The position numbers and the translations under genes are program-made. A stretch of DNA of 43,337 nt, taken from IMG/VR virus record IMGVR_UViG_3300045988_011788, one strand, 5' to 3'. Each line of letters opens with the position of its first letter. Position 1 is the stretch's first letter. The notes below the pieces were generated by a model. The model made no database searches. It saw nothing but the letters and a program-made list of their open reading frames with translations, and was not told the origin of the DNA. Below, piece by piece: positions 8,076 to 16,417 of the stretch. Source of the stretch: a virus.

Positions 8076-8236
8076 AGCTTGGCTCCTTCCATTTTCATCT
8101 GTTCTTCCCGTCCCCGGTCGCTCACGATGCTCACGACCTTGCAGTCACCATATCGCTCAATATCCATGGCGATGCGCTCCTTGATGCCCTGCGCGTCAGC
8201 GGCGGGGACGTTGGCTTTAATCGTGATCGTCAGCAT
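8072..8236 (-). CDS. Small hypothetical protein (54 aa)
   Basis: Hand-translated: MLTITIKANVPAADAQGIKERIAMDIERYGDCKVVSIVSDRGREEQMKMEGAKL. The stop overlaps the next ATG (ATGA). Confidence 0.4.
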   Translation of the reverse strand: MLTITIKANVPAADAQGIKERIAMDIERYGDCKVVSIVSDRGREEQMKMEGAKL

Positions 8237-8459
8237 ATACGTTCCCTTTCACGTGCTCTTTCCACCACAGATATTCTTTGCGCTCTCGTCGATATTCAAA
8301 AATCAGGCTTTCCGCCTTGCAGATATCGCGGAATCTGTTGCTTGCTGCAATCCATGCAGTCTCAACCAGCCACCATAAAAAGCATAACGCTGCAAGAATC
8401 GCTGCAATGCCGCCAATCGCTATAAAGAACATTCCAACGCCTTCAACAAAAGATTCCAT
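8217..8459 (-). CDS. Small membrane protein
   Basis: 80 aa with one long hydrophobic stretch (MFFIAIGGIAAILAALCFLWWLV). Confidence 0.55.
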   Translation of the reverse strand: MESFVEGVGMFFIAIGGIAAILAALCFLWWLVETAWIAASNRFRDICKAESLIFEYRRERKEYLWWKEHVKGNVYADDHD

Positions 8460-8462
8460 TCG

Positions 8463-8753
8463 TTACACCTCCTTCGGCTCGCCGTAGCTGCAAAAATCGG
8501 TGCTGCCCACATTGCGTCTATTACATGGCGCGCGCCTGTTGTGACACGTCAGCGTCCCCGGCTTACCGTATCGCTGGGTAAGCTCTGACGGCAATGTGCT
8601 GTGCGCGCAGTCCTTGCACCGCGTCACGACCACAGCATCGACGGTGGGAGCAGCGGCCACGATGGGCAAAGCAATTTCGTCCCTATCTGCGTTGTCGTAC
8701 CACGGCTCGTCATCAAGCTTTTCCCATAGCACGTCGCCATCAATCAGCCGCAT
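8463..8753 (-). CDS. Hypothetical Cys-rich protein
   Basis: Start refined to MRLIDGDVLWEKL. Carries CKDC...CHNRRAPCNRR...C cysteines. Confidence 0.5.
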   Translation of the reverse strand: MRLIDGDVLWEKLDDEPWYDNADRDEIALPIVAAAPTVDAVVVTRCKDCAHSTLPSELTQRYGKPGTLTCHNRRAPCNRRNVGSTDFCSYGEPKEV

Positions 8754-8949
8754 CGCTGTCACCTCCGTCCATTTTTGCAGAGTTCTCCACAAAGTTGCGG
8801 ACTCTGGCCGCGCAGGAGAGGCACAGTTGTTTCTCCGCAGAAAATGGTGTCTTAAAATTCACAACGCCGTAGTGATTGAAATCCAGATTCACACCGTCAA
8901 CCTCGTAGTCAATCTCGCGCCCGCACATATCACAGAACACTTTAACCAT
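8740..8949 (-). CDS. Small zinc-finger-like protein
   Basis: CDMCG ... CLSC pairs. The ATG shares a base with the upstream TGA. Confidence 0.5.
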   Translation of the reverse strand: MVKVFCDMCGREIDYEVDGVNLDFNHYGVVNFKTPFSAEKQLCLSCAARVRNFVENSAKMDGGDSDAAD

Positions 8950-9353
8950 CAACTATTCCCTCCGTCCATCTTGGCCCCGCAGTAATAGCAAAAACGGCAC
9001 TCATTCTCAAAGATTGCATCGTGTGCATCATCTGTCGGAATATCCACGCCGCAGTTTGAGCACTTTCCATCTACCCACCGCCCATGCACCACCGGCGCAA
9101 CGTCGGCGGCGGGAAACGCTGCGATGACAGCATATACTCCATCCGCAAATAGTCTTTCTACCAAACCATGTTCTCCAAGCCCCATTTTCTTGAATTTGGT
9201 AATGAGCGCTTCCCGCTCAATGCATTCAGCCATCTTCATCCCCTCCAAATTCCGCCTCGTACAGTATATATAGCACTCTTCTGGGCTGTTGCCATCTACT
9301 GTTTCAAGTATTGCTTCTCCGCCGCAGAACGGGCAAGGTTTCAGGTCATACAT
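8949..9353 (-). CDS. Lar-like restriction alleviation family protein (N-terminal zinc ribbon)
   Basis: Start refined to MYDLKPCPFCGGEA, the signature opening of Lar-family proteins. A second Cys cluster (CSNCG...CRFCYYCG) follows. Confidence 0.55.
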   Translation of the reverse strand: MYDLKPCPFCGGEAILETVDGNSPEECYIYCTRRNLEGMKMAECIEREALITKFKKMGLGEHGLVERLFADGVYAVIAAFPAADVAPVVHGRWVDGKCSNCGVDIPTDDAHDAIFENECRFCYYCGAKMDGGNS

Positions 9354-9927
9354 CCTTCGTCGCCTCCACATAGCACCAGCTCTGAGGCGGGCGCTTGATT
9401 GTCCGGCCGTCACAGTCCATTTTGCTGTAGTTGTAATAAGGACAGGCACAGCAATCCGACTCGACTTTACATAGACCCTTGAACTCGCTCAGTTTCTTCG
9501 GCGTATCGTAGATTTTTAGGTCGGAGATGTGCCAGCCATAGCCGGTTCTCCCGTTGCCGATGTAGTCAGCAAGCTCCTCGTATGTAAGACAAGATCGCTC
9601 CATGTGCTCGAAAAACCAGTTCTGAATGCCACCATTGTCGAAAACATTGATGGGAAATATCCGGTCGCACACAAACTCGCCGATTACCTTACCATTTCCA
9701 AGTGGGCAGTTCAGTGATTTCATCGACCCCGTATCTAAGTAGTCCTGCATCAGACGTTCCGGTGAAATAGGAATGTTCAGGTCAGGTCTACCGCTGGTGC
9801 AGTAGATATAGCACTTAAACGGCGTTTCCAACTTCGGACGGGTCTTTCGCACCTCAACGGTTTTCTCACCGCTGATAATCTTCTCGCACCACTTCGGGCG
9901 GATGCTCAACATAACAACCTTACTCAT
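9346..9927 (-). CDS. ASCH (PUA-like) domain protein
   Basis: The N-terminus LSIRPKWCEKIISGEKTVEVRKTRPK matches the ASCH pattern. Confidence 0.65.
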   Translation of the reverse strand: MSKVVMLSIRPKWCEKIISGEKTVEVRKTRPKLETPFKCYIYCTSGRPDLNIPISPERLMQDYLDTGSMKSLNCPLGNGKVIGEFVCDRIFPINVFDNGGIQNWFFEHMERSCLTYEELADYIGNGRTGYGWHISDLKIYDTPKKLSEFKGLCKVESDCCACPYYNYSKMDCDGRTIKRPPQSWCYVEATKDV

Positions 9928-10442
9928 TTCTTCATCGCCTCCAATGCTTTCTCCGCCTCCTCGCGGGTAAGGAAGAAGGTTTTTCCTATATCCTCTGGCC
10001 TGAAATATTCGCTGGTTCCGCCACAGTAAATTCTTGTGGAATTTGAAAATGAAACGATGCTAAATACTTGCTTCTCAATGATTCTTCCAAGCAAAGCAAA
10101 ATACACCGTATCGCCCACCTTGCACGGCAGCACCACCAGACGCCCGTCCTTGTCGGCCTCGGCCAGCTCGCGCAGGCGGGTATAGCTGCAAAGGCTTTCC
10201 AAATCAGCAAGGCGCATGAGCTTCAACGCGATCTCGTCTGCCTTGTCCTTCGGTAGAACTTCCTCCGGCGCACACTCTCTGTCCTCGTAGGCGGCGAGGC
10301 GATCCTTGAGGCGATTGCGGCAGTACAGCGCGGTGCAGTCATCCATCGGCTTACCATGCTTACCTGTCCAATCCGCTTTACACTTCTCGCAATCCATCAT
10401 TGCCTGTCCATCGTTGTCGCGCTTCGTCAGTCGTTCCATCAC
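9924..10442 (-). CDS. Hypothetical protein
   Basis: 172 aa with MERLTKRD...C..C...C..YC...RLAAYED, a recurring opening in Firmicutes phage early proteins. Confidence 0.55.
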   Translation of the reverse strand: MMERLTKRDNDGQAMMDCEKCKADWTGKHGKPMDDCTALYCRNRLKDRLAAYEDRECAPEEVLPKDKADEIALKLMRLADLESLCSYTRLRELAEADKDGRLVVLPCKVGDTVYFALLGRIIEKQVFSIVSFSNSTRIYCGGTSEYFRPEDIGKTFFLTREEAEKALEAMKK

Positions 10443-11107
10443 TCCACCTCCTGCATCTTACTAATCACTTTTCGGATCACATCGCCACCGTAAGCGTCTT
10501 TTGTCAACTCCAAAAACTCCGTCAGCGTCATCATGCCGTGCTCAAGGTCAACACCGTGATCGCGGGCAAACTGCTTTCGCCCCATGTCGCACGAGCCAGT
10601 CAGGCGGTGATGCCAGTCATAAAAATACTGTGTCGGATATGCTTTCTCGCGGTCTGTTTCGCGCAGAAACGTGTCAATGCGTTCATCTTCCGGCATATCC
10701 TCGAAAAGCTTGTCTCGCAGTGCCTCCATTGCTTCGCGCAGCGTTTCCCCGTGTGCAAAAACATTGTCTTGCTTGACGATGTAGCACGGCGTGAGCGTCA
10801 AATCACCGTTCAGGATTGCCCCGTGCGCGGTGTTGCCGCGCACGGAACGAATCAGCGTATTGACACCGTCGATTTTATAGACAGCTTCCCCATTGAAGTT
10901 TTTAATGCCGTAGCCGTCGCCGGAGCCGTAGCCGTAGCCGGAGCCGGAGCCGTCGCCGGAGCCGTCGCCGGAGCCGTAGCCGGATCCGTCGCCGGAGCCG
11001 TCGCCGGAGCCGTCGCCGGAGCCGGAGCCGTCGCCGGAGCCGTAGCCGGAGCCGGAGGTTACTGACAGGAATGCCTTGACCTTATCATCAAGCGTCATCT
11101 CTTCCAC
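10439..11107 (-). CDS. Hypothetical protein with an N-terminal Gly-Ser-Asp/Tyr repeat tract
   Basis: 222 aa. Residues 18-67 are (GSGDGS/GYGS)n, followed by a globular domain (IKNFNGEAVYKIDGVNTLIRSVRGNTAHGAILNGD...). Confidence 0.65.
   Translation of the reverse strand: MEEMTLDDKVKAFLSVTSGSGYGSGDGSGSGDGSGDGSGDGSGYGSGDGSGDGSGSGYGYGSGDGYGIKNFNGEAVYKIDGVNTLIRSVRGNTAHGAILNGDLTLTPCYIVKQDNVFAHGETLREAMEALRDKLFEDMPEDERIDTFLRETDREKAYPTQYFYDWHHRLTGSCDMGRKQFARDHGVDLEHGMMTLTEFLELTKDAYGGDVIRKVISKMQEVE
10907..11056. repeat. In-frame tandem repeat (6/12/18-nt periodicity, gccggagccgtc units) encoding the GS(D/Y) tract
   Basis: Read directly from the sequence. Confidence 0.85.
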
Positions 11108-11385
11108 TCCTTTACGCCGCGAAGCGATACCGATGCATCATCCGTGCACGGGATGATCTGGATTGCTCCCATCACGGTCATTTCTGTGACCGTCACGGTA
11201 AAACGGCAGTTGCCCGGTGCTTTTGTGCCGTCCTGCGCCAGCTGTTCCACAGCGAATGCACCTTCCCAGCTCCACAGTTTACGCACCTCGGTCATGGTGA
11301 CCTCGGAGCCGTTGCGCTCCTTGATCTTGCCGAAAAACACGCCTGCGCGGTCGCAGCGAACGATGTAGTCCTGATTGTTGTTCAT
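11095..11385 (-). CDS. Hypothetical protein
   Basis: 96-aa ORF with an SD; no motif recognised. Confidence 0.55.
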   Translation of the reverse strand: MNNNQDYIVRCDRAGVFFGKIKERNGSEVTMTEVRKLWSWEGAFAVEQLAQDGTKAPGNCRFTVTVTEMTVMGAIQIIPCTDDASVSLRGVKEWKR

Positions 11386-11408
11386 GATGAAATTCCTCCT
11401 GATTTTTG

Positions 11409-11594
11409 TTAAAATTTAAAGCTCTCTCTGAGCTTCTTCCCGTTGAAATCGGCCTCCGCCGTAAAGTAGCGGCGCGCCTCGTTGATGTAGACGACGCGCC
11501 CGTGCGCAGTCATCTCTTTCGTGGTAACGCTCATAATGCCGTTGCTGCCCTCAAATGCGGCAGGCTTCCAGCTAAATGGTTCGCCAATGTACAT
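11409..11594 (-). CDS. Hypothetical small protein (61 aa)
   Basis: Start refined to MYIGEPFSWKP, just after the stop of the upstream gene. Confidence 0.45.
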   Translation of the reverse strand: MYIGEPFSWKPAAFEGSNGIMSVTTKEMTAHGRVVYINEARRYFTAEADFNGKKLRESFKF

Positions 11595-11596
11595 GC

Positions 11597-12685
11597 TCAA
11601 TACCTCACTCCGATAAAATCCAGCACTCGACCATAGCCGAGGCCCTTTTCGTTTGGCTTCCACATCCCGTCCGCGGGGTCAAACTCTCCGCCGCCGATGC
11701 AAAAGTCGTAGTGCTTTGGGTGCGTGCGCTTCATGCGCTCGAAGCGGGTCTCTCCCTTTTCAAGATGAGCGCCGAACGCACAGAACATGCACCCCGTGCG
11801 TTGGCAGCCCGTGCAGTGCAGCGGCTTTTCGATGAGCGTCGACGGATAATCATTCTCGCCGTCGCTCGCCACGATGTCGCCGTATACGCTGCAATACGGG
11901 ATGTTTTCGTCTTTCAGGAACGCAAGCACGTCCTGATCTGTCCAGAAGCTCATAGGCTTGCTCATGGGGCGCTTTCCATCGAAGGCGTTGCAGCCCGTGC
12001 GCTTCCACTCTTTTTCGCGCTGCTGGCTCTCGCTCGCCATCATCGCGGTAAACGGCACACATCCGCTCGTAGCTTCGTATCGCTTGGCGGGTGCTTTTTT
12101 CATCACGTCGCAGCACTGCTCGCTAATATGGAACGGCGCATCCTTGAGATAATGCCACTTGTCCGCCAGTTTCATCGTCGAGCAGTACACGCCCTGCCGG
12201 TTGTAGCCGGTCAGATACAGATTGACCGTTGCATCGTTTTGCCCGTGCGCGTTTTGCAGATCGCGGATAAAACGCGCCTGCTTTTTGCCGATGACGGGAT
12301 AGCCGTACCTTGTCAACACCTGCCGGATGTTGAGCTTCGGTCGTAGACGGTGAAGGTTGACGGCCACGCGGGGGAACTCCCTCCGCAGCCAGTCGGCGTA
12401 CTCATTGACGAACTTCTGTATCTCCGGGTACTCCAGCCCAGTGTTCACGAACACCAGATTCAGCTCCCACGGCGGCGCCCTGAAACTCGACAGGTAACGC
12501 GCCGCCAAGTATGCCAGCACCGTGCTATCCTTTCCGCCTGAAAATGACACATAGCACTTTCCGTTCCACGCGGTGTACCATTGATCGATCTTCTCATAGC
12601 TCAATATTTCCTTGTCCTGCAAATCAAGGGCTAAAAGCTGTTTCGCCGCCTCCTTCGGAATCGGCTGATTGCTATACCCTTCCAT
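11597..12685 (-). CDS. PAPS-reductase/PP-loop ATPase family protein (DndC/IbrA-like) with a Cys-rich C-terminus
   Basis: PP-loop SFSGGKDSTV. C-terminal cluster HCTGCQRTGCMFCAFG. Start refined to MEGYSNQ to remove a 190-nt out-of-frame overlap. Confidence 0.82.
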   Translation of the reverse strand: MEGYSNQPIPKEAAKQLLALDLQDKEILSYEKIDQWYTAWNGKCYVSFSGGKDSTVLAYLAARYLSSFRAPPWELNLVFVNTGLEYPEIQKFVNEYADWLRREFPRVAVNLHRLRPKLNIRQVLTRYGYPVIGKKQARFIRDLQNAHGQNDATVNLYLTGYNRQGVYCSTMKLADKWHYLKDAPFHISEQCCDVMKKAPAKRYEATSGCVPFTAMMASESQQREKEWKRTGCNAFDGKRPMSKPMSFWTDQDVLAFLKDENIPYCSVYGDIVASDGENDYPSTLIEKPLHCTGCQRTGCMFCAFGAHLEKGETRFERMKRTHPKHYDFCIGGGEFDPADGMWKPNEKGLGYGRVLDFIGVRY

Positions 12686-13362
12686 GGTGTCCCTCGCATT
12701 CCCTAATGTCTCCTCCCCATTGCTCCGCCATAGCTTTAGCGATGCCGGGGAAGGTCTTTGCGCGGTTTTTGGCCCTATCCGTGGTAAACATACCTTTATG
12801 CTGTTCCCCATGCTTATGACTATAGCTGCCGCTCGGACACCATGTTGCTGTCGGCTCAACAATATTGGTCGGTTTCAACGGCTGTACACCACGCTCCCAC
12901 AGCAAGGTTTTTTTGCTGAACGGGTGTCCGTATTGATAGGGCTGTATGGCTTGGGTTGGTTCTGGATACTCAAACACTTTACTTGGTGTCGGATTTTCAA
13001 TTATAACCTTGTCACAGTCGGCTGCCCATATTGCCAAAAACAACGCTTTGCCGCAAAGCCCTTCATAGTAGCGGCGAAGATTTAACCTGCCGCCTTTATA
13101 CAAATGTCTTGCCCCGGCATTGCTCGTTTTGGTACACGGAGGGAAAGCGATAATCATATCCCATCGCCCCACATCATGCACCTGTCCGTCCATTGTGGTC
13201 ACTTGCCCCCCCCTCTATGGCCTTAAGCGCATCGCCAAGGATATGCCACTCAGGATGCCCGCCGGACGGGTCCTGAATGTCGCAGGAATATGCCTCATGC
13301 CCCAATGCGCGGAACGCCTTACATACTTCCTGCGATTCCTCGCAGGCAACTAAAACCTTCAT
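12672..13362 (-). pseudogene. DNA methyltransferase-like gene (ACEESQ ... FPPCT motifs) split by a frameshift in a G8 tract
   Basis: The N-terminal ORF MKVLVACEESQEVCKAFRALGHEAYSCDI...AIEGG and the C-terminal ORF ...VHDVGRWDMIIAFPPCTKTS... are in different frames. They join at C8 (13206-13213 on the plus strand), and removing one G gives a single continuous reading frame. Confidence 0.6.
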
Positions 13363-13604
13363 CGTCTCCCCTCGCATTCCCCGAACAGCTCCCGAAACGT
13401 CATTCCAGTCAAATCCTCCAGCGCGAGCAGCAGCCGCACCGTTGTATCGCGGTCGCCGCGCACCCACGCCGACACCGTAAACTGCGACGTACCGAGGGAT
13501 TGTGCAAGTTCTGTTTGGTTATAGTTCGTCTTTTCCAGCGCCTCCTTGAGCACTGGATAAGCGCAGAACTCAAACGGCGTTTTCGGTCTCACGATTTTGC
13601 TCAT
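13359..13604 (-). CDS. HTH DNA-binding protein (paralog of 13601..13837)
   Basis: 81 aa. Aligns by eye with the neighbour (PFxxxxYPxLKxAL....ELxxxxGxS...V..W..G......xxL..xTGxTFxExFGE). Confidence 0.65.
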   Translation of the reverse strand: MSKIVRPKTPFEFCAYPVLKEALEKTNYNQTELAQSLGTSQFTVSAWVRGDRDTTVRLLLALEDLTGMTFRELFGECEGRR

Positions 13605-13837
13605 GTGTGTACCTCCCCGAAAGCCTCTTCAAATGTCAGCCCCGTCGCAGCAAGGATTGCCTTGATAACGCCGATGCTGAATTCGTTCTTCCCCGTTGTC
13701 CATCGCCACACGCAGAGCGGGGAGACGCCGATCTTCTTGCTCAACTCCGGCGGTGTCATGCCCGATGACTGCAAGGCTTTCTTGAGCTGCGGATATACGA
13801 CCGTCTTAAACGGCACGTGGTTCGTGTTCTCACTCAT
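13601..13837 (-). CDS. HTH DNA-binding protein (paralog of 13359..13604)
   Basis: 78 aa with the same pattern as the neighbour, indicating a tandem duplication. Confidence 0.65.
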   Translation of the reverse strand: MSENTNHVPFKTVVYPQLKKALQSSGMTPPELSKKIGVSPLCVWRWTTGKNEFSIGVIKAILAATGLTFEEAFGEVHT

Positions 13838-14294
13838 TTTCCTGCACCTCTCCGAGCAGCGTCCCGACGGTCACGCCCAGTGCTTCGGCAATGTACTGAT
13901 ACGTCGGCATGTAGCTGATGCATCGTCCCTCTCTGAGGTTTAAGATGCTACTGCGCGATAATCCCGCCTTTTCTGCAAGCCCCTTGATACTCATGCCCCG
14001 CAGCGCACTCCATTTCTTGATGTTCTCGCCGATCTCTTCCGGCGACAGCATGCCTTTTTTCGCCGGTGGGGATTCCGCCAGAATATCGCTCAACGTCAAG
14101 CCAACGCATTCGGCGTATCTATATAGCGTCGACACCTTCGGATAGCTCGCGCCCTTTTCGAATTTGGCAATGGTTGACTGTTCTGTGCCCATCATATCGG
14201 CCATCCGAAACTGGCTGATATTTCGCATTTTGCGAATATTTTTGAGCCGTTCGCCCAACTCTTTTTCTGTCAACATCTTTTCTTGCTCCCTCAT
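13830..14294 (-). CDS. Tandem double XRE-HTH regulator
   Basis: Two Cro/C1-type HTH units in one 154-aa protein (LKNIRKMRNISQFRMADMMG... and IKKWSALRGMSIKGLAEKAGLSRSSI...). Confidence 0.8.
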   Translation of the reverse strand: MREQEKMLTEKELGERLKNIRKMRNISQFRMADMMGTEQSTIAKFEKGASYPKVSTLYRYAECVGLTLSDILAESPPAKKGMLSPEEIGENIKKWSALRGMSIKGLAEKAGLSRSSILNLREGRCISYMPTYQYIAEALGVTVGTLLGEVQENE

Positions 14295-14488
14295 TTCAGC
14301 CGTTGATAGCGCCGCGTCTTGAAATGGCGCGCGCTCAAGTAATCGTCTTTCTCCTGCGCTTCCCGCTGCTCTTCATCCCTCGCCGCGTTGTACTTGGCGA
14401 TATCCACCTGATAGTGCGGGCACTCGCTGTGACAGCCCGGATGCCTCACAGGCGGCTTGCAGCTGTGGCAATGCTCAAATGCTGTCAT
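14291..14488 (-). CDS. Small Cys/His-rich protein
   Basis: 65 aa: HCHSCKPPVRHPGCHSECPH followed by a charged tail. Confidence 0.5.
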   Translation of the reverse strand: MTAFEHCHSCKPPVRHPGCHSECPHYQVDIAKYNAARDEEQREAQEKDDYLSARHFKTRRYQRLK

Positions 14489-14489
14489 C

Positions 14490-14951
14490 TCACACCTCGC
14501 GGATCGTAATGCCGTACTTCGCCAACATCTCGTTTTTCTTTCTTAGATACATTTGCGTCCGTTTCCCTTTGACGTCTTCAACCTCTTGTATCCAGTAAAC
14601 TTGCCCATTGCAGTCAGGCTTGGTTGGCCGCTCATAGACAAAATCCGCAAAATATCGCTCTGACTTAACGTGCGCTCCATCCGACTGAATGTAAGGCTCT
14701 TGCAGCGTAAACGCTCGTTCTATCTGCAAATTGCGGATAAGCCCTCGTCTCTCCATCAAAGCCAACTCGTCATAACGCCTCGCCTCTTTGGCGCTCTTGA
14801 ATTTATGCACTTTTCCGTTTGGCATGACGCGCGGGGTAAATTTACTCCTGTACTTACTGCGCTTTTCCCGCTTCTGCACCTCGCGCACGGCCATCTTTGC
14901 CATGACCTGGGCTTGAGCGTCCTTGCCAAGCTGCGAAATATCAATGCCCAT
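14490..14951 (-). CDS. DUF1064-like protein (PD-(D/E)XK-type nuclease family)
   Basis: The pattern KFKSAKEARRYDELALMERRGLIRNLQIE...YFADFVYE...VEDVKGKRT matches DUF1064. Confidence 0.65.
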   Translation of the reverse strand: MGIDISQLGKDAQAQVMAKMAVREVQKREKRSKYRSKFTPRVMPNGKVHKFKSAKEARRYDELALMERRGLIRNLQIERAFTLQEPYIQSDGAHVKSERYFADFVYERPTKPDCNGQVYWIQEVEDVKGKRTQMYLRKKNEMLAKYGITIREV

Positions 14952-15327
14952 TGCTTCCCTCCATTTCGGCAGCAGCCGCGTCCCACGTCATCCCGTGTTC
15001 CCTCGCATAACGCGAAACGCTCGGCATAAATGCCTCCTGTTCGGCTATCTTCTCGATGTATGGCTTCATCCACGCTACCGAGACGCGCGGGGAAACTGCG
15101 CCCCTGATTTTTGCCAGCACTTGGCCGACTTTCGGGGGGAATCCCTTCGCATCCTCGGCAATCATCGCATTCACTGCGTCCATCGCCTCGGCAGGGTCTT
15201 CACTGCCCAGCATGTCCGACCAGAGGGAAACCAGCTCTTCGGCTTCTGCGCGGGTCATCTTGGCGTAAGCCTGCGGATAAGCCTGTTTTAGCCGCCCTAA
15301 AAGGCTAATTACGTCAGATCTTTCCAC
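14941..15327 (-). CDS. G39P-like replicative helicase loader/inhibitor family protein
   Basis: GTG start 9 nt after GGAGGAGG. The pattern LLGRLKQAYPQAY...LVSLWSDMLGSEDPAEAMDAVNAMI...FPPKVGQVL matches SPP1 G39P-family proteins. Confidence 0.55.
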   Translation of the reverse strand: MERSDVISLLGRLKQAYPQAYAKMTRAEAEELVSLWSDMLGSEDPAEAMDAVNAMIAEDAKGFPPKVGQVLAKIRGAVSPRVSVAWMKPYIEKIAEQEAFMPSVSRYAREHGMTWDAAAAEMEGSNGH

Positions 15328-15994
15328 GGTTCTTTTCCTCCTCCAGCATCTCAGCGAATACATCGCCGCCCGGCCGTATCTGCGGTGCTTTATTGGCCCA
15401 TCGTTCCCACTTCTCCGCATTTCTGCAAGCCGCTTTCCAGTCTTTCATGGGGGTCTTGCCGACCAACCACCCTTTTGACTCGTAAAAGTCGATGAACCCC
15501 TGTGGGTCTACGGGCGATTGGCGTTCAGCCACATAGGACTGAACCTCTGCGAGTGTGGGGGGCGTGAAGCGCTTCGCGCGCGAAATAACACCTTGTCCTT
15601 GTCCTTGTCCTTGTCCTTGTCCTTGTCCTTGTCCTTGTCCTTGTCCTTGTCCTTGTCCTTGTCCTTGGCTTTTTTTGGTTTCTAAAAAACCGCTTTGGTT
15701 TTTTTGGTTTTCCTTGGTTTCCAAAAAACCGCTTGTTTTCGGCGGTCTGCCGCCCTTTTTGCCGTTCTCTCGGTAAACATTGGAGGCGGCTTCCTGCGCC
15801 TTTATGGACTCGTCAATATCCCGCTGAATTGCGGGCCAAATAAACCTTTCGGGGCCTTCAAACTTCGGCTGTTCTCCGTTTTTCCGGTAAGCGAGCATCG
15901 CCCGGACGATAGCCCCGATCGACTCGTCGTCATACTCGCGGAAATAGTCCTCGTAGCTCAGCCAGAGCTTGACATATTCCTTGCTCTCCGCCAT
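15314..15994 (-). CDS. Replisome organizer / DnaD-like replication protein with an internal (QG)13 linker
   Basis: The N-terminal domain ends in ...NGKKGGRPPK. Then a duplicated SGFLETK unit, (QG)13, and a C-terminal domain FTPPTLAEVQSYV...FIDFYESKGWLVG. Confidence 0.6.
   Translation of the reverse strand: MAESKEYVKLWLSYEDYFREYDDESIGAIVRAMLAYRKNGEQPKFEGPERFIWPAIQRDIDESIKAQEAASNVYRENGKKGGRPPKTSGFLETKENQKNQSGFLETKKSQGQGQGQGQGQGQGQGQGQGQGQGQGVISRAKRFTPPTLAEVQSYVAERQSPVDPQGFIDFYESKGWLVGKTPMKDWKAACRNAEKWERWANKAPQIRPGGDVFAEMLEEEKNRGKI
15591..15668. repeat. Hexanucleotide microsatellite (ccttgt) x12 plus a partial unit, in frame, encoding (QG)13
   Basis: Read directly from the sequence. Confidence 0.95.
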
Positions 15995-16006
15995 GCCGTC
16001 ACCGCC

Positions 16007-16417
16007 TTAAAACGGCAGCTTGCCGTCGTCCTCGCCGATCTCTGCAAAGCCGCCTACGGCGCTCTCTGTGGCGTATTGCGGTGCGGCAGTATCGTTACCC
16101 TCCGGGCGCCTGTTGTCTGCGAAATACACGCTGTCAGCCTGCACCTCGTAGCTCCTGCGCTTGTTGCCGTTCATGTCCGTCCAGTCGCGCATCTGCAAGC
16201 GCCCCTCGACGCCGATCAACCGCCCGCGTCCGGCGTAGTTGCAGAGCACTTCTGCCGTTCCGCGCCACGCTACAATGTCGATCCAGTCTGTGCCGCCCTC
16301 CTTGCCGTTGCGGTCAACGGCAAGAGGGAACGACACAACGGATACGCCGCTGTTCGTTTTTTTCAGCTCCAAGTCACGACCGATGCGTCCCATCAGGCAG
16401 ATTCGATTCATGCTCAT
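16007..16417 (-). CDS. ssb: Single-stranded DNA-binding protein
   Basis: OB-fold opening MNRICLMGRIGRDLELKKT and an acidic tip ending DDGKLPF. Start refined to MSMNRI, overlapping the upstream stop (ATGA). Confidence 0.9.
   Translation of the reverse strand: MSMNRICLMGRIGRDLELKKTNSGVSVVSFPLAVDRNGKEGGTDWIDIVAWRGTAEVLCNYAGRGRLIGVEGRLQMRDWTDMNGNKRRSYEVQADSVYFADNRRPEGNDTAAPQYATESAVGGFAEIGEDDGKLPF

Noticed and set aside
15591-15668. Possible CRISPR-like or other non-coding repeat array
   Set aside because: The units are 6 nt, contiguous, without spacers, and lie in frame inside a protein-coding gene, encoding (QG)13. This is a coding microsatellite.
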